DNA from: an uncultured bacterium
GTDB lineage: Bacteria; Bdellovibrionota_C; UBA2361; CALJRW01
NCBI GenBank assembly: GCA_937976335.1
Contig: CALJRW010000035.1
Coordinates: 308-64,307 of the forward strand
Reading direction: 5' to 3'
DNA: 64,000 nucleotides
How positions within the stretch are numbered: the stretch's first letter is position 1; every line of letters starts with the position of its first letter. The translations under genes were made by a program, and so were the position numbers. Positions 1-9,308 of this stretch are shown piece after piece. Below the pieces are notes generated by a model. The model was not told the DNA's origin, searched no databases, and saw only the letters and a program-made list of their open reading frames with translations.

Positions 1-402
1 GCACTCAGGGCTTTTTACATCAATTGCGCGGCCTGTGTGATGCTCGCTATATCCTGGAGCCGCAAGAAATTTAAGAATATCATTAAGCTCTCTTCCTTTT
101 GCTAAAGATCTTTTTAATTTATCTTCTTGATATGCATATGATCTAAAACCAGAAAAAGGCATAATTATTATTCCATCTTTTTTAGCTTTTTCTCTTAAGC
201 TATTAAATGCAGCAGCAGTTTCTTTTGTTAGCCTCAAAGGTTTTCCTTGAAAATCATGCTCTAACAAAACTAAATCTTTTTTTCTTGCTTCAGGAAAAAA
301 CTCTAATTTCCTGTTTTTAGCATAATTTCTAGGAATTCCATAACGTATGTGAATTGTTTTAGCTTTAAAAGAGCTGATGGGGTATTTAAGTTTATTGATC
401 AT
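1..402 (-). CDS. M15B family D-alanyl-D-alanine carboxypeptidase (VanY-like), runs off the window edge
   Basis: Not in the ORF track; hand translation from ATG at 402 gives ...SGFRSYAYQ...LAAPGYSEHHTGRAIDV, the M15 SxHxxGxAxD zinc motif. Confidence 0.85.
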   Translation of the reverse strand, partial: MINKLKYPISSFKAKTIHIRYGIPRNYAKNRKLEFFPEARKKDLVLLEHDFQGKPLRLTKETAAAFNSLREKAKKDGIIIMPFSGFRSYAYQEDKLKRSLAKGRELNDILKFLAAPGYSEHHTGRAIDVKSPEC

Positions 403-470
403 TTTCTAAAGAATACAGTAGTTTTATTTCTTTACATAGTGTAATTTTATTCTAGAAAATAGGAGACTCT

Positions 471-1931
471 ATGCCAAAAGATTATTTCAAGTTAGAAAAT
501 ATTACTTCTTTTAATGATATACCAAAAAATGGAAAAATTTACTTTATGGGAGTTTCTGGTGTTGCCATGGGTCAACTTGCTGTAGCCTTATCTGAAGAAG
601 GATATAATGTAATTGGTGGAGATAGACAATTTTATGAGCCAATGGGAAGTTTTTTAAGAAATTCAAATGTTACACTATTAGAAGGATATAAAGCTTCAAA
701 TGTTCCTTTAGATGCAGATTTAGTTGTTATAGGAAATGCAATTCCTTATAAGTTTGATGAAATTGCAGTTGTTGAAGAAAATAACCTACCATATACATGC
801 TTTCCAAGATTATTAAGCGAAGCAGTCATTTCTAAAAAATCTTCTATTGTTGCTTCTGGAACACATGGAAAAACTACCACTACTACTATGACAGCTCATG
901 TATTGCGTGAAGCAGCAAAAGTTCCATCTTTTTTTATTGGAGGCGTTGTAGAAAGTTTTGGGAAAAGTTTATCAATTGATTCAAAAGAGGTAAGTGTTGT
1001 AGAAGGGGATGAATATGATGATGTTTTCTTTTCTAAGAAAGCAAAATTTTTACACTACGCACCTACAACCTGCATTGTAAATGCGGTTGAATTTGATCAT
1101 GCAGATTTGTATGAATCTATTGAGGAAATAGATAAAGCTTTTACTAAATTAGTAAATATAGTACCGGAAACTGGAATAGCAATAGTTTGTGCGGATTACG
1201 ATCATTTAAACGAGCTTACAAACTCTTGGAAAAAATCTTCAAAGTGCCAAATTATTACTTTTGGAGAAAGTGAAAAATCAGATTATAGAATTACTAATTT
1301 TAAACAAACAGGTATGGAGCAAAGTTTTGAAGTAGTTTCGAAAGACAATGAAACTTTTACTTTAGAACTTTCAGTGCCTGGCATCTATAACTCTAGAAAT
1401 GCTCTAGCCTCTGCAATAGCTTGTTTAAAAGAAGGTTTAACCACAGAAGAAATTGCTAAGCATCTTAAAACTTTTAAGCCAGCAAAGCGAAGACAAGAAG
1501 TTCTTTTAAATAATGACAAAATCACTATCATTAGTGATTTTGCTCATCACCCAACAGCAGTAAGTCATACTGTACAAACTATAAAAAGCGCATATCCCGA
1601 CAAAAAACTCTGGGCTGTTTTTGAGCCAAGATCCACAACAAGTAGAAGAAAATATTTTCAAGATGATTATGCCGTAAGTTTTGAAAATGCTGATAAAGCA
1701 ATAATTTGTGGAGTAACTGCGGGATTTAGAGACACAGAAGATAATACGTTAAATATTCAACAACTTTGTGATGATATAAATTCTAAAGGCATTGATTGTT
1801 TGGCAATTGAAAAGGCAAATGATATTTGTGAACATTTGGTAAAAAATGTTGGAGAGAAAGATTTAATACTAATTATGTCTAATGGCTCTTTTGATGGTTT
1901 GATGGGTAGTTTAGTGAGTTCTTATAGTTAA
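471..1931 (+). CDS. mpl: Murein peptide ligase (MurC/Mpl family)
   Basis: Motifs GVSGVAMG, SGTHGKTTTT, EGDEYD, EFDHAD, DFAHHPTAV, FEPRS and MSNGSF; AGGAG ribosome-binding site upstream. Confidence 0.85.
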   Translation: MPKDYFKLENITSFNDIPKNGKIYFMGVSGVAMGQLAVALSEEGYNVIGGDRQFYEPMGSFLRNSNVTLLEGYKASNVPLDADLVVIGNAIPYKFDEIAVVEENNLPYTCFPRLLSEAVISKKSSIVASGTHGKTTTTTMTAHVLREAAKVPSFFIGGVVESFGKSLSIDSKEVSVVEGDEYDDVFFSKKAKFLHYAPTTCIVNAVEFDHADLYESIEEIDKAFTKLVNIVPETGIAIVCADYDHLNELTNSWKKSSKCQIITFGESEKSDYRITNFKQTGMEQSFEVVSKDNETFTLELSVPGIYNSRNALASAIACLKEGLTTEEIAKHLKTFKPAKRRQEVLLNNDKITIISDFAHHPTAVSHTVQTIKSAYPDKKLWAVFEPRSTTSRRKYFQDDYAVSFENADKAIICGVTAGFRDTEDNTLNIQQLCDDINSKGIDCLAIEKANDICEHLVKNVGEKDLILIMSNGSFDGLMGSLVSSYS

Positions 1932-1935
1932 AAAA

Positions 1936-3108
1936 TTGAATTATCATAAAAACGTAAAGCTACTAAAATTTTCAAATTCATTTGGTTTTGCAGCATTATT
2001 TGTTTTACCTATATATTTACCTTACTATCTTTCAAAAGGAATAACATTAACTGAGTTTTTTTATATAGCATCTTTTTCATCAGTAGTTTCTATTATACTC
2101 GAAACTCCGAGTGGTTATCTTTCAGATGTATGGAATAGAAAGTATACTTTAATACTTGGTAGAATATTTCAATCAATTGGTTGGTGTGTTTTAATGTTAG
2201 CTAAAGATTTTTCAGGCTTAATGTTAAGCTCAATTCTTCGAGTAATTGGAGGAGTTCTTTGTAGCGGAACTAATCACGCTTTATTATATGATAGTTTAGA
2301 ATCTCAAAAAAAAGAAAAGGATTTTAGTAAATTAATTGGAGCAGAGTATCAGTATAACTTTTTAGCTTTAGGTTTTGCATCATTTCTGGGAGGATTTTTA
2401 TATACTATTAATAAAGATTTACCTGCAATTTTAAATACAATTTCTTATACAGTATCTGCTTTTTTATGTTTAAACCTCGTTGAGCCGGAAAGAAAAACTA
2501 TAATTAAAGAAAATTATTTTAAAAAATATGTTGAAATCTTTAAACACTGTTTTTTGGATAGAAAAGATTTAAGGTATATACTAATATTTGCTTCATCTTT
2601 TAATGCATTTGCTCAACTAATTTTATGGTTTTTTCAAGGCTACTTAGAATATCTAAAAGTTCCATATGCATGGTTTGGTATTATATTTGTTAGTGATTAT
2701 ATTATTCGTAGTTTTAGTAGTAAGAAGTCTTCTCTAATCTTATCAAAAAATGGAATTTTTAATTCATATCTATTAGTTGTTTTTTTACTATTTATTGGTT
2801 TTTCTTTCCCAGCTTTGTACTTTACTGTTTTTGCAATTGTGTTTTTCTATATAGCTTCAGTTGCTCGTGGAATTTCCCTTCCTCTATCTAGGGCAGTGAT
2901 AAATGATAGAATCCTATCAGAAAATCGAGCAACTATTATGTCTATTGGTTCTATGATTTATGGCTTAGTTTATGCTTTATGTTGTCCTATTCAAGGAGCT
3001 TTAACTGAAAGTTATGGTTTACGTTTTGGAATGCTAGGAATTGCTCTTCTCTTCTTAATTTTTCAGCTATTTATGTTAATCAAAGTGAAAGAAAACATAA
3101 AACTCTAG
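1936..3108 (+). CDS. MFS transporter
   Basis: About 12 hydrophobic segments; PSGYLSDVWNRK motif A; paralog of 24655..25827. Confidence 0.8.
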   Translation: MNYHKNVKLLKFSNSFGFAALFVLPIYLPYYLSKGITLTEFFYIASFSSVVSIILETPSGYLSDVWNRKYTLILGRIFQSIGWCVLMLAKDFSGLMLSSILRVIGGVLCSGTNHALLYDSLESQKKEKDFSKLIGAEYQYNFLALGFASFLGGFLYTINKDLPAILNTISYTVSAFLCLNLVEPERKTIIKENYFKKYVEIFKHCFLDRKDLRYILIFASSFNAFAQLILWFFQGYLEYLKVPYAWFGIIFVSDYIIRSFSSKKSSLILSKNGIFNSYLLVVFLLFIGFSFPALYFTVFAIVFFYIASVARGISLPLSRAVINDRILSENRATIMSIGSMIYGLVYALCCPIQGALTESYGLRFGMLGIALLFLIFQLFMLIKVKENIKL

Positions 3109-3112
3109 ACTT

Positions 3113-5287
3113 TTAAAGAAATCTTTTTCTAAGAGTAACTAATGCATCGCCGTTAACTTTAAATCTATAAATAAAAGGAGTTACCGTATTTGTTAGCTCA
3201 GGAATAGTCAGATGATACATATTATATTTTCCGTCACTCTTAATAGTGAAACTAGTTAAAGGCGTATCTTCAAAATATTTGTCAATAAAAACATCAAGTT
3301 TTATTTCAGAGCTAGCTTTTAATTCTAGATTTAAAACCTTTTCTGGTAAGTTAGGAACTTTTAAGTAAAAACTTTCCCTATCTTGGATTAAGGTCTCAAG
3401 GTTAAAGTTAATTAAATAGTTATCTTCACCATCTTTTTGCAAAATCTCAAGTTTAGGAAAAAAACTTTCTACTTTTTTTTCAAACTCTTTTTTATCAAAA
3501 TTCTTAAACTCTTTAGAGATCACAAGAATTTTTTCTAAATTAGGAATGAATTCCAAAGCTTTTATTGATTTAACATCCGGAAAATTTTCTAATTTTCTAG
3601 GATATTCATTCATTAAATCAGTTCTTTGTCCACTATATCCATTAAGTATTTTAACTTTATATGGAGAAGACCAATTCATGTAATTTACATTTAACTTAGC
3701 AAAATCTCCCCATGATTTGATTCCTCCATTATTTTTTAGATCTAAAGCATAGGGTAGAATAATCATTGAAGAGTTCTTATTTTTAATATTATTAAGTGCT
3801 CCAAAAACATCGGGCGTCCTCTTAGGTTCCTCTAATGGATAAGTAGTTACTAAATTCTCTCCAATAGGAATAAGTAACAATAAAGTTAAGAGAAATTTAT
3901 GATTTTTTAGTAATTTATAAATAAAAGGAATACATAAAATACAAAAAAATATGCTTAAGATAGCAAATCTAGACACTGCTCTTATGCCTTGAGTTCCTGG
4001 AAATAGATAATAAAATACACTATATATTCCTCCAGGAAATTCTCCTTCATTAGGATTCCCGATAGGCCCAAATGAGAGATATAAGAAAAGTAGTGCTAGG
4101 CCTAAAAAAAGTCCAAGAAAATTTCTATCTGTAAATATATTAAAATTTAGTTTTCTTTCAAGTTTTCCGAGTTTTAAAATAATCAAAAAAAATGAAACTA
4201 AAGAAGCCCAGACAAAAGCAATTTCGAGCAGATATGCAAGTGCAAAAAAGTTTTGAATATTTGGAAATCCAAAAAAAATACTTAGAAAGAAAAAAATTAC
4301 AAAAAAAGAAGCTAATTTAAATAGTTTTTTAGTATTAACTAGTCTATAAAGTGCGATTATAATTAAAATTAGTAGGAAAAATCCAGGAAAAAACCTTTTT
4401 TCAGCATCAGAATAAGAAGCTGAAAAATTATATAGCCAATTGTAGTTTGTGCTTGAAAAGATACTCAAACTATTAGCTGACATGTAAAAAGCTTCATATA
4501 GATTTCTTTTTCCAAATGAATTGAGAACTTTTAGATAAGGTAGAATAAAGAAAGTAAGTGGTAATAAACCTATAATAAAGCCAATACTTAAGTGTTTTAA
4601 TTTAGTAAGAGTTATTTCTTGTGGTTTTAAAAAATAAATGATTAAGAGAGTGGAAACTAATAAAATTGCTAAAAAAATTGAATAGTAAACTGTTGTTAGA
4701 AAACAAAGTGTTAAACATAGACCTAAAAAGAAAGCTCTTAAGATATTTGGTTTTCTAAAAAAAGAGAAAAACAAAATTAAAAATAATGGAAAAAAGAAAA
4801 AGTACTGAAGTTGTGGATGTCCTAGGTGTTCACTAAAGTAACTTAAGCTTATTAAAATAATTCCTGAAAGGATGCTTGAATAAAATTCTCCTGAAATTTT
4901 GTGAGAAAGTAAGTAGGTAAGATAGCCAGTTAGAAAAGCAGATCCTAGTAAAAGAGAATTACAAATTGCAGGAAATGTTAGACCTATTTTTTCAAGAAAT
5001 ATGGCAATAAAACTTGGAAAAATAAAATTATCACTCCAAGCTAAAAAATCAGTGTAGGGCCAAGCTACGGGAGGTGAAAATAAGTTTTTAGAAAAAAGAT
5101 ATTGAATATTATTTTTTATTAGCCATATGTAAAGGCCTGCATCTCTTTCTGAGCCGCCAAAGTGATGAGTGTTAAAATGAGTAAAAGCATCGTATCTAAA
5201 AGCAAAAAGGAAAGCAAAGATTGATGCAAAGGCAATAATTATTTGCTTTAATGAGATTTTATGATTTGGAAAAAATTTAGTGTTCAA
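3113..5287 (-). CDS. Polytopic membrane protein, probable GT-C fold glycosyltransferase
   Basis: Many TM segments, an acidic first periplasmic loop (GGSERD), IRAVSRF and LNGYSG motifs, and a soluble C-terminal domain. Confidence 0.55.
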   Translation of the reverse strand: MNTKFFPNHKISLKQIIIAFASIFAFLFAFRYDAFTHFNTHHFGGSERDAGLYIWLIKNNIQYLFSKNLFSPPVAWPYTDFLAWSDNFIFPSFIAIFLEKIGLTFPAICNSLLLGSAFLTGYLTYLLSHKISGEFYSSILSGIILISLSYFSEHLGHPQLQYFFFFPLFLILFFSFFRKPNILRAFFLGLCLTLCFLTTVYYSIFLAILLVSTLLIIYFLKPQEITLTKLKHLSIGFIIGLLPLTFFILPYLKVLNSFGKRNLYEAFYMSANSLSIFSSTNYNWLYNFSASYSDAEKRFFPGFFLLILIIIALYRLVNTKKLFKLASFFVIFFFLSIFFGFPNIQNFFALAYLLEIAFVWASLVSFFLIILKLGKLERKLNFNIFTDRNFLGLFLGLALLFLYLSFGPIGNPNEGEFPGGIYSVFYYLFPGTQGIRAVSRFAILSIFFCILCIPFIYKLLKNHKFLLTLLLLIPIGENLVTTYPLEEPKRTPDVFGALNNIKNKNSSMIILPYALDLKNNGGIKSWGDFAKLNVNYMNWSSPYKVKILNGYSGQRTDLMNEYPRKLENFPDVKSIKALEFIPNLEKILVISKEFKNFDKKEFEKKVESFFPKLEILQKDGEDNYLINFNLETLIQDRESFYLKVPNLPEKVLNLELKASSEIKLDVFIDKYFEDTPLTSFTIKSDGKYNMYHLTIPELTNTVTPFIYRFKVNGDALVTLRKRFL

Positions 5288-5334
5288 AGTAGTAATATTA
5301 ATTTACTAAACTTATAGCACTTAAGCTTACCTTT

Positions 5335-6408
5335 TTACAGTACTTCAAATTTTAAGCCATTAACTTCTTTTACAACTAATGGGAATTGAAAATATTTACC
5401 AAATTTATCTACTGTTAACTTAAAACTACTATCCTTTATTTTTGAAATAGATTTCAATACATCTTGGCCAGAGTAATTTTCTGGAAGCTCTTTTTTGATT
5501 GCAGGTAACATTTTTGCAACTACGTATGCGTTATAGCCATATGCAATTTGTATAACATTGCTAAATTTTTTCTCATATTTTTCTAAGAAGTTTTTAGGAA
5601 CATTAACTGATGGAAATACTGATCCGTCCATAAGGCCATTCGCTTGTTTAGCTTCAGTTTTACTTTCAAATATATCAGTTCCAAATGTTGGAGTTCTTAG
5701 TCCATATGCAGCTGCTTGTTTGTAAAAAGTGCTCACCTGTCCAGGAAATAAATAAACACCAATTGCGTCATAGTTTTTAGCTTTTAGTTTTAATATTGCT
5801 GTTTTGAAGTCAATTGTGTCAGGTAAAAAGGTATATGCAATATCGATATTTTGTGTTTCGCTTACAGATGCTTTTAAACCATCTATCATAGAGTCAATAA
5901 AAGGATCTTCTAAGGCAATAATACCAATATTTTTTATCTTTCTTTTCTCAAGATGTTTTAACAGGCAATTTGCATATTCATATGAAGAATTAATAGTTCT
6001 TATTACATATTTCTTATCTTTCGCAGGATTTGCATCTAAGGATAAAGATAGCAATGGAATTTTGTTTCTTTCAGCTAAAGGAGCAACAGCATTTAATGGA
6101 GCTTCTCCCCAGTTATAAATTAAGCTTACTTTATTGAAAGTAACTAATTTATTATATGCAGAAATAGCTTTTTTTGAATCATATTGATTATCTTCAAAAC
6201 TTAGTTCTATATCTCTGAATTGAGAAGAGTTTTCATTCTTCGCAAGCTCAAAACCATTTTTAACTGCAGTTCCGTATTCTGCAATATCTCCTGTAAGTGG
6301 AACTGAGATTCCTACTCTTAAAGGTTCAGAGATAGTAACTTGAGCAAATATTAAAATTAGTAGAAATATGCGGATTAAGTTTTTCATAATTTGTTCCTTC
6401 TTTTGCAT
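5335..6408 (-). CDS. LivK/LivJ-like type 1 periplasmic substrate-binding protein
   Basis: Signal peptide followed by VGISVPLTGDIAEYG and FEDNQYDSKKAISAYNKL; no permease genes adjacent. Confidence 0.8.
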   Translation of the reverse strand: MQKKEQIMKNLIRIFLLILIFAQVTISEPLRVGISVPLTGDIAEYGTAVKNGFELAKNENSSQFRDIELSFEDNQYDSKKAISAYNKLVTFNKVSLIYNWGEAPLNAVAPLAERNKIPLLSLSLDANPAKDKKYVIRTINSSYEYANCLLKHLEKRKIKNIGIIALEDPFIDSMIDGLKASVSETQNIDIAYTFLPDTIDFKTAILKLKAKNYDAIGVYLFPGQVSTFYKQAAAYGLRTPTFGTDIFESKTEAKQANGLMDGSVFPSVNVPKNFLEKYEKKFSNVIQIAYGYNAYVVAKMLPAIKKELPENYSGQDVLKSISKIKDSSFKLTVDKFGKYFQFPLVVKEVNGLKFEVL

Positions 6409-6503
6409 AAGTAAAATTTTAGAACTACTAGCATTTTAAGCAAATTAACTTTAACAATGATATAAAATAATCAATTATATCAGTTGATTAGTTATGTTTT
6501 TTC

Positions 6504-6521
6504 TGTCAATATAAACTGACA
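6504..6521. promoter_or_regulatory. Palindromic putative operator immediately before the TrmB-like start codon
   Basis: TGTCA-ATATAAAC-TGACA, ending one base before the ATG at 6523; a related palindrome sits at the paralog (48912-48932). Confidence 0.5.
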
Positions 6522-6522
6522 A

Positions 6523-7272
6523 ATGATCGATATAATTTTAAAAAACTTTGAATTTCAAGAAAAAGAAAGGCAGGTTCTTATATTTTTACTTGAAAAAGGA
6601 AAAGGTACGGCAAGCGGAATATCTAAAGCTACAGCTCTTAAAAGACCTACAGTTTATGCAGTGTTAGAAAATTTATGCATAGAAGGATATGTCAATAAAA
6701 CAAAAGAAGATAAAATTACTTTTTTCTCTACACTTCCAATTGATAAATTTTGCTCTTTTTTAAAACAAAAAGCTATCATAAGAGCCAAACGTTTTTCAGA
6801 ATATTCTGACGAGTTAGAAACTTATGTAAAGAATCTTTCAACTAGTGTTGGTCAAAATATAGGTGGGTTCTATATTGAAACAATCAATTCTTTTGAAATA
6901 TTGTATGACTATTTAGGTAAAGCATTATTAGCTGGCGATTTTGAAGGAATTTTCAATCCCAGATTTGTTTTTAACAAGGAATCTAAACCTTACATTAAAA
7001 ATTTTTTGAAACAAACTGAAAAAAACAAACCAAGAATAAGAGAATTGGCCGTTCCAGGATCAGAACTTAATTGGTACACAAAGCTTATTAAAAATCCCAA
7101 TCATCAGGTAAAAAAATTAAATAAAAAATGTAAAATAATTACAGATATGATTATTCTTTCAGAAAATGTGTTATTTTTTGATTATAATGAAGGAAAAGTA
7201 ATTAAAATAAATAATTCTGATTTTAGTGTTACTATGAGGAGTATTTTTGAGATAGTTTGGGGTAGTGTTTAA
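6523..7272 (+). CDS. TrmB-family helix-turn-helix transcriptional regulator
   Basis: N-terminal winged HTH (ASGISKATALKRPTVYAVLENL) plus a C-terminal effector-like domain; paralog of 48136..48906. Confidence 0.75.
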   Translation: MIDIILKNFEFQEKERQVLIFLLEKGKGTASGISKATALKRPTVYAVLENLCIEGYVNKTKEDKITFFSTLPIDKFCSFLKQKAIIRAKRFSEYSDELETYVKNLSTSVGQNIGGFYIETINSFEILYDYLGKALLAGDFEGIFNPRFVFNKESKPYIKNFLKQTEKNKPRIRELAVPGSELNWYTKLIKNPNHQVKKLNKKCKIITDMIILSENVLFFDYNEGKVIKINNSDFSVTMRSIFEIVWGSV

Positions 7273-8440
7273 TATGAAATATCTATTTATTCTAGTTTTC
7301 ATTTTCTTTCTTATGGTAATAAACACAGTCACCCCCAAATACGATTTTATCCAATACTATTCTGCTGCAAATCTTATTCAATCTTCTGAAAATCCGTATG
7401 ATGAAAATCTTCTATATAAAGAAGAGCTAAAATATCGAAACTATGATGAAGTAATAAAAATGTGGAATCCTCCTACTGTGCTTCCATTTATATATTTTTT
7501 ACCACAGCTAAATTATGAAAGTGCTTTATTTTTATGGAGTGTATTAGGATTTTTAACATATTATTTTGCTATTTATATTTTTTCAAAAGAAATTAAGTTA
7601 GATATAGAAAAAAAAATGTATATGCTAGGGGGATTAATTCTTTTTCCTCCCTTACTTGCAATGCAACTTATGGCTCAAATAAGTTTCATTCCTTTATTTG
7701 GTTTAGTTTTATTTTTTTATTTTTATACTAAAGAAAGAAAATTTTTATCTGGCCTATTTCTAGGACTTACTTTAATAAAACCACATTTATTATACTTGCT
7801 TTATTTATATATTTTCTTTGAATCTTTTAAGATAAGAAATTTCTATACAATTTTCGGAATGATTGTTACTAGTATTTTCTTTTCGTTATTCGTCACACTT
7901 ATTAATTCAGATCTTTGGTTTTGGTACTTTGAGGCAATGAAAAATAACCCAGTTGGTTATTGGAAAACTACTACGGTTGGTAGTTTTTTAAGTGTTAACT
8001 TAAAATCAAGTTTTTTATGGTATTTTCCAACAATATTTACTTCAGTTATTTTCACTTTTTTTTATTTTTTACGTATGAAAAATATACAATTTAATAAAAT
8101 ATCTAAGATACAAAAGTATTCAATAATTTCAGCATTAACGGGCGTTTCTTTAGTCACTTCTCCATATGGCTGGCTCTTTGATCATATTCTTTTAATTCCC
8201 TGTTTTTTGATAATTTTAGAAAATATTTTTAATAGTATTAATATTTCTCATAAAAGGAAGAAAATTTATATGTTATATTTATTTTTAATTAATTTTATTG
8301 CTTGTATTGCTCTTTTTATGACAAGTCATGATAAAATGCTGTGGTATTCTTTGTTAATAGCTATAATTTGTTTAATGATTTCAGTTTTAAATTTTAAACT
8401 TGACTCTTTAATTCCAAACAAAGCGTCTGATGCTCTTTAG
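7265..8440 (+). CDS. GT87/DUF2029-type membrane glycosyltransferase
   Basis: YDFIQYY, NPY, WNPP, IKPHL and SPYGWLFD motifs in a polytopic protein; the start may be the ATG at 7274. Confidence 0.7.
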   Translation: MFNMKYLFILVFIFFLMVINTVTPKYDFIQYYSAANLIQSSENPYDENLLYKEELKYRNYDEVIKMWNPPTVLPFIYFLPQLNYESALFLWSVLGFLTYYFAIYIFSKEIKLDIEKKMYMLGGLILFPPLLAMQLMAQISFIPLFGLVLFFYFYTKERKFLSGLFLGLTLIKPHLLYLLYLYIFFESFKIRNFYTIFGMIVTSIFFSLFVTLINSDLWFWYFEAMKNNPVGYWKTTTVGSFLSVNLKSSFLWYFPTIFTSVIFTFFYFLRMKNIQFNKISKIQKYSIISALTGVSLVTSPYGWLFDHILLIPCFLIILENIFNSINISHKRKKIYMLYLFLINFIACIALFMTSHDKMLWYSLLIAIICLMISVLNFKLDSLIPNKASDAL

Positions 8441-9308
8441 CGGTCCAGTATACTTTTGCTGTACAACATTGCCTTAATAGATTTAGAGTTTCATAAATTT
8501 TAATTTTTTCATTGAATCTTTCACTGATTTCTAAAATTTGAGAATATCCTTCAAGAAAAGGAGCTTTAAAACCTTTTAACAATTTTTCAATCTTATTTAA
8601 ATTTTTAAAATCAAATTCAGGATCGCCTGCTAGGGCTTGATTAAAATCAATAAATCCAGAAAATTTTCCATTTTGATGAAGTATATTTTTGGATTCTAAA
8701 TTGCCATGCAGTAAGACAGGTTTTTTTACTTTAGTAAAAAGGTTTTTATTTTCTATAAAATTAGATTTTATTTTATTTAAAATTTTTATATCTAATGCGC
8801 TTGTTTCAATAACTTCTTTAAAAGTTTGTTTGTGCATTTCTTGAAGGAAGAATAGCCAGGAATCAGAACCTTTTTTCACTTCTCCAACTAAATCGCCATA
8901 TCTGTGAAGCTTAAATGTATGTATGTTAGCAAGTGAGCGTCCTATATCTTTAGCTAAAAGATTTTTAGTTTCAAGGCTAAAGCTATTCCATGAGGAATTT
9001 AAAGGAATCCCCGGAATTTTTAATAAGATAATAAAGTCATATGGTGTGATAGTTTTTGTTTCATCAAGTGTTATAACTTGTGGGACAGATACATTTGAAG
9101 AATATAGGTGATCGCATGCCATTTTAAATCTATGAAATCTAATTGAGTTTTTTTCCCAAATGTTAAATCTAATTATATATTTATCATTTACGCTAAAAGC
9201 TGCATTCGTTTGAATATTTTCAAGAAATTGAATTTTTTCTACACTACAGAGTTTAAGAGAGTGAAAAATTTTTTTAATTTTTTCTTCTTCTAAGCCGATA
9301 AGTTTCAT
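8394..9308 (-). CDS. Aminoglycoside phosphotransferase/choline kinase-fold protein
   Basis: VPQV, LANIH, HGNLESKNIL and IDF...GDPEFDF; start overlaps the uvrA stop (ATGA). Confidence 0.75.
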   Translation of the reverse strand: MKLIGLEEEKIKKIFHSLKLCSVEKIQFLENIQTNAAFSVNDKYIIRFNIWEKNSIRFHRFKMACDHLYSSNVSVPQVITLDETKTITPYDFIILLKIPGIPLNSSWNSFSLETKNLLAKDIGRSLANIHTFKLHRYGDLVGEVKKGSDSWLFFLQEMHKQTFKEVIETSALDIKILNKIKSNFIENKNLFTKVKKPVLLHGNLESKNILHQNGKFSGFIDFNQALAGDPEFDFKNLNKIEKLLKGFKAPFLEGYSQILEISERFNEKIKIYETLNLLRQCCTAKVYWTAKEHQTLCLELKSQV

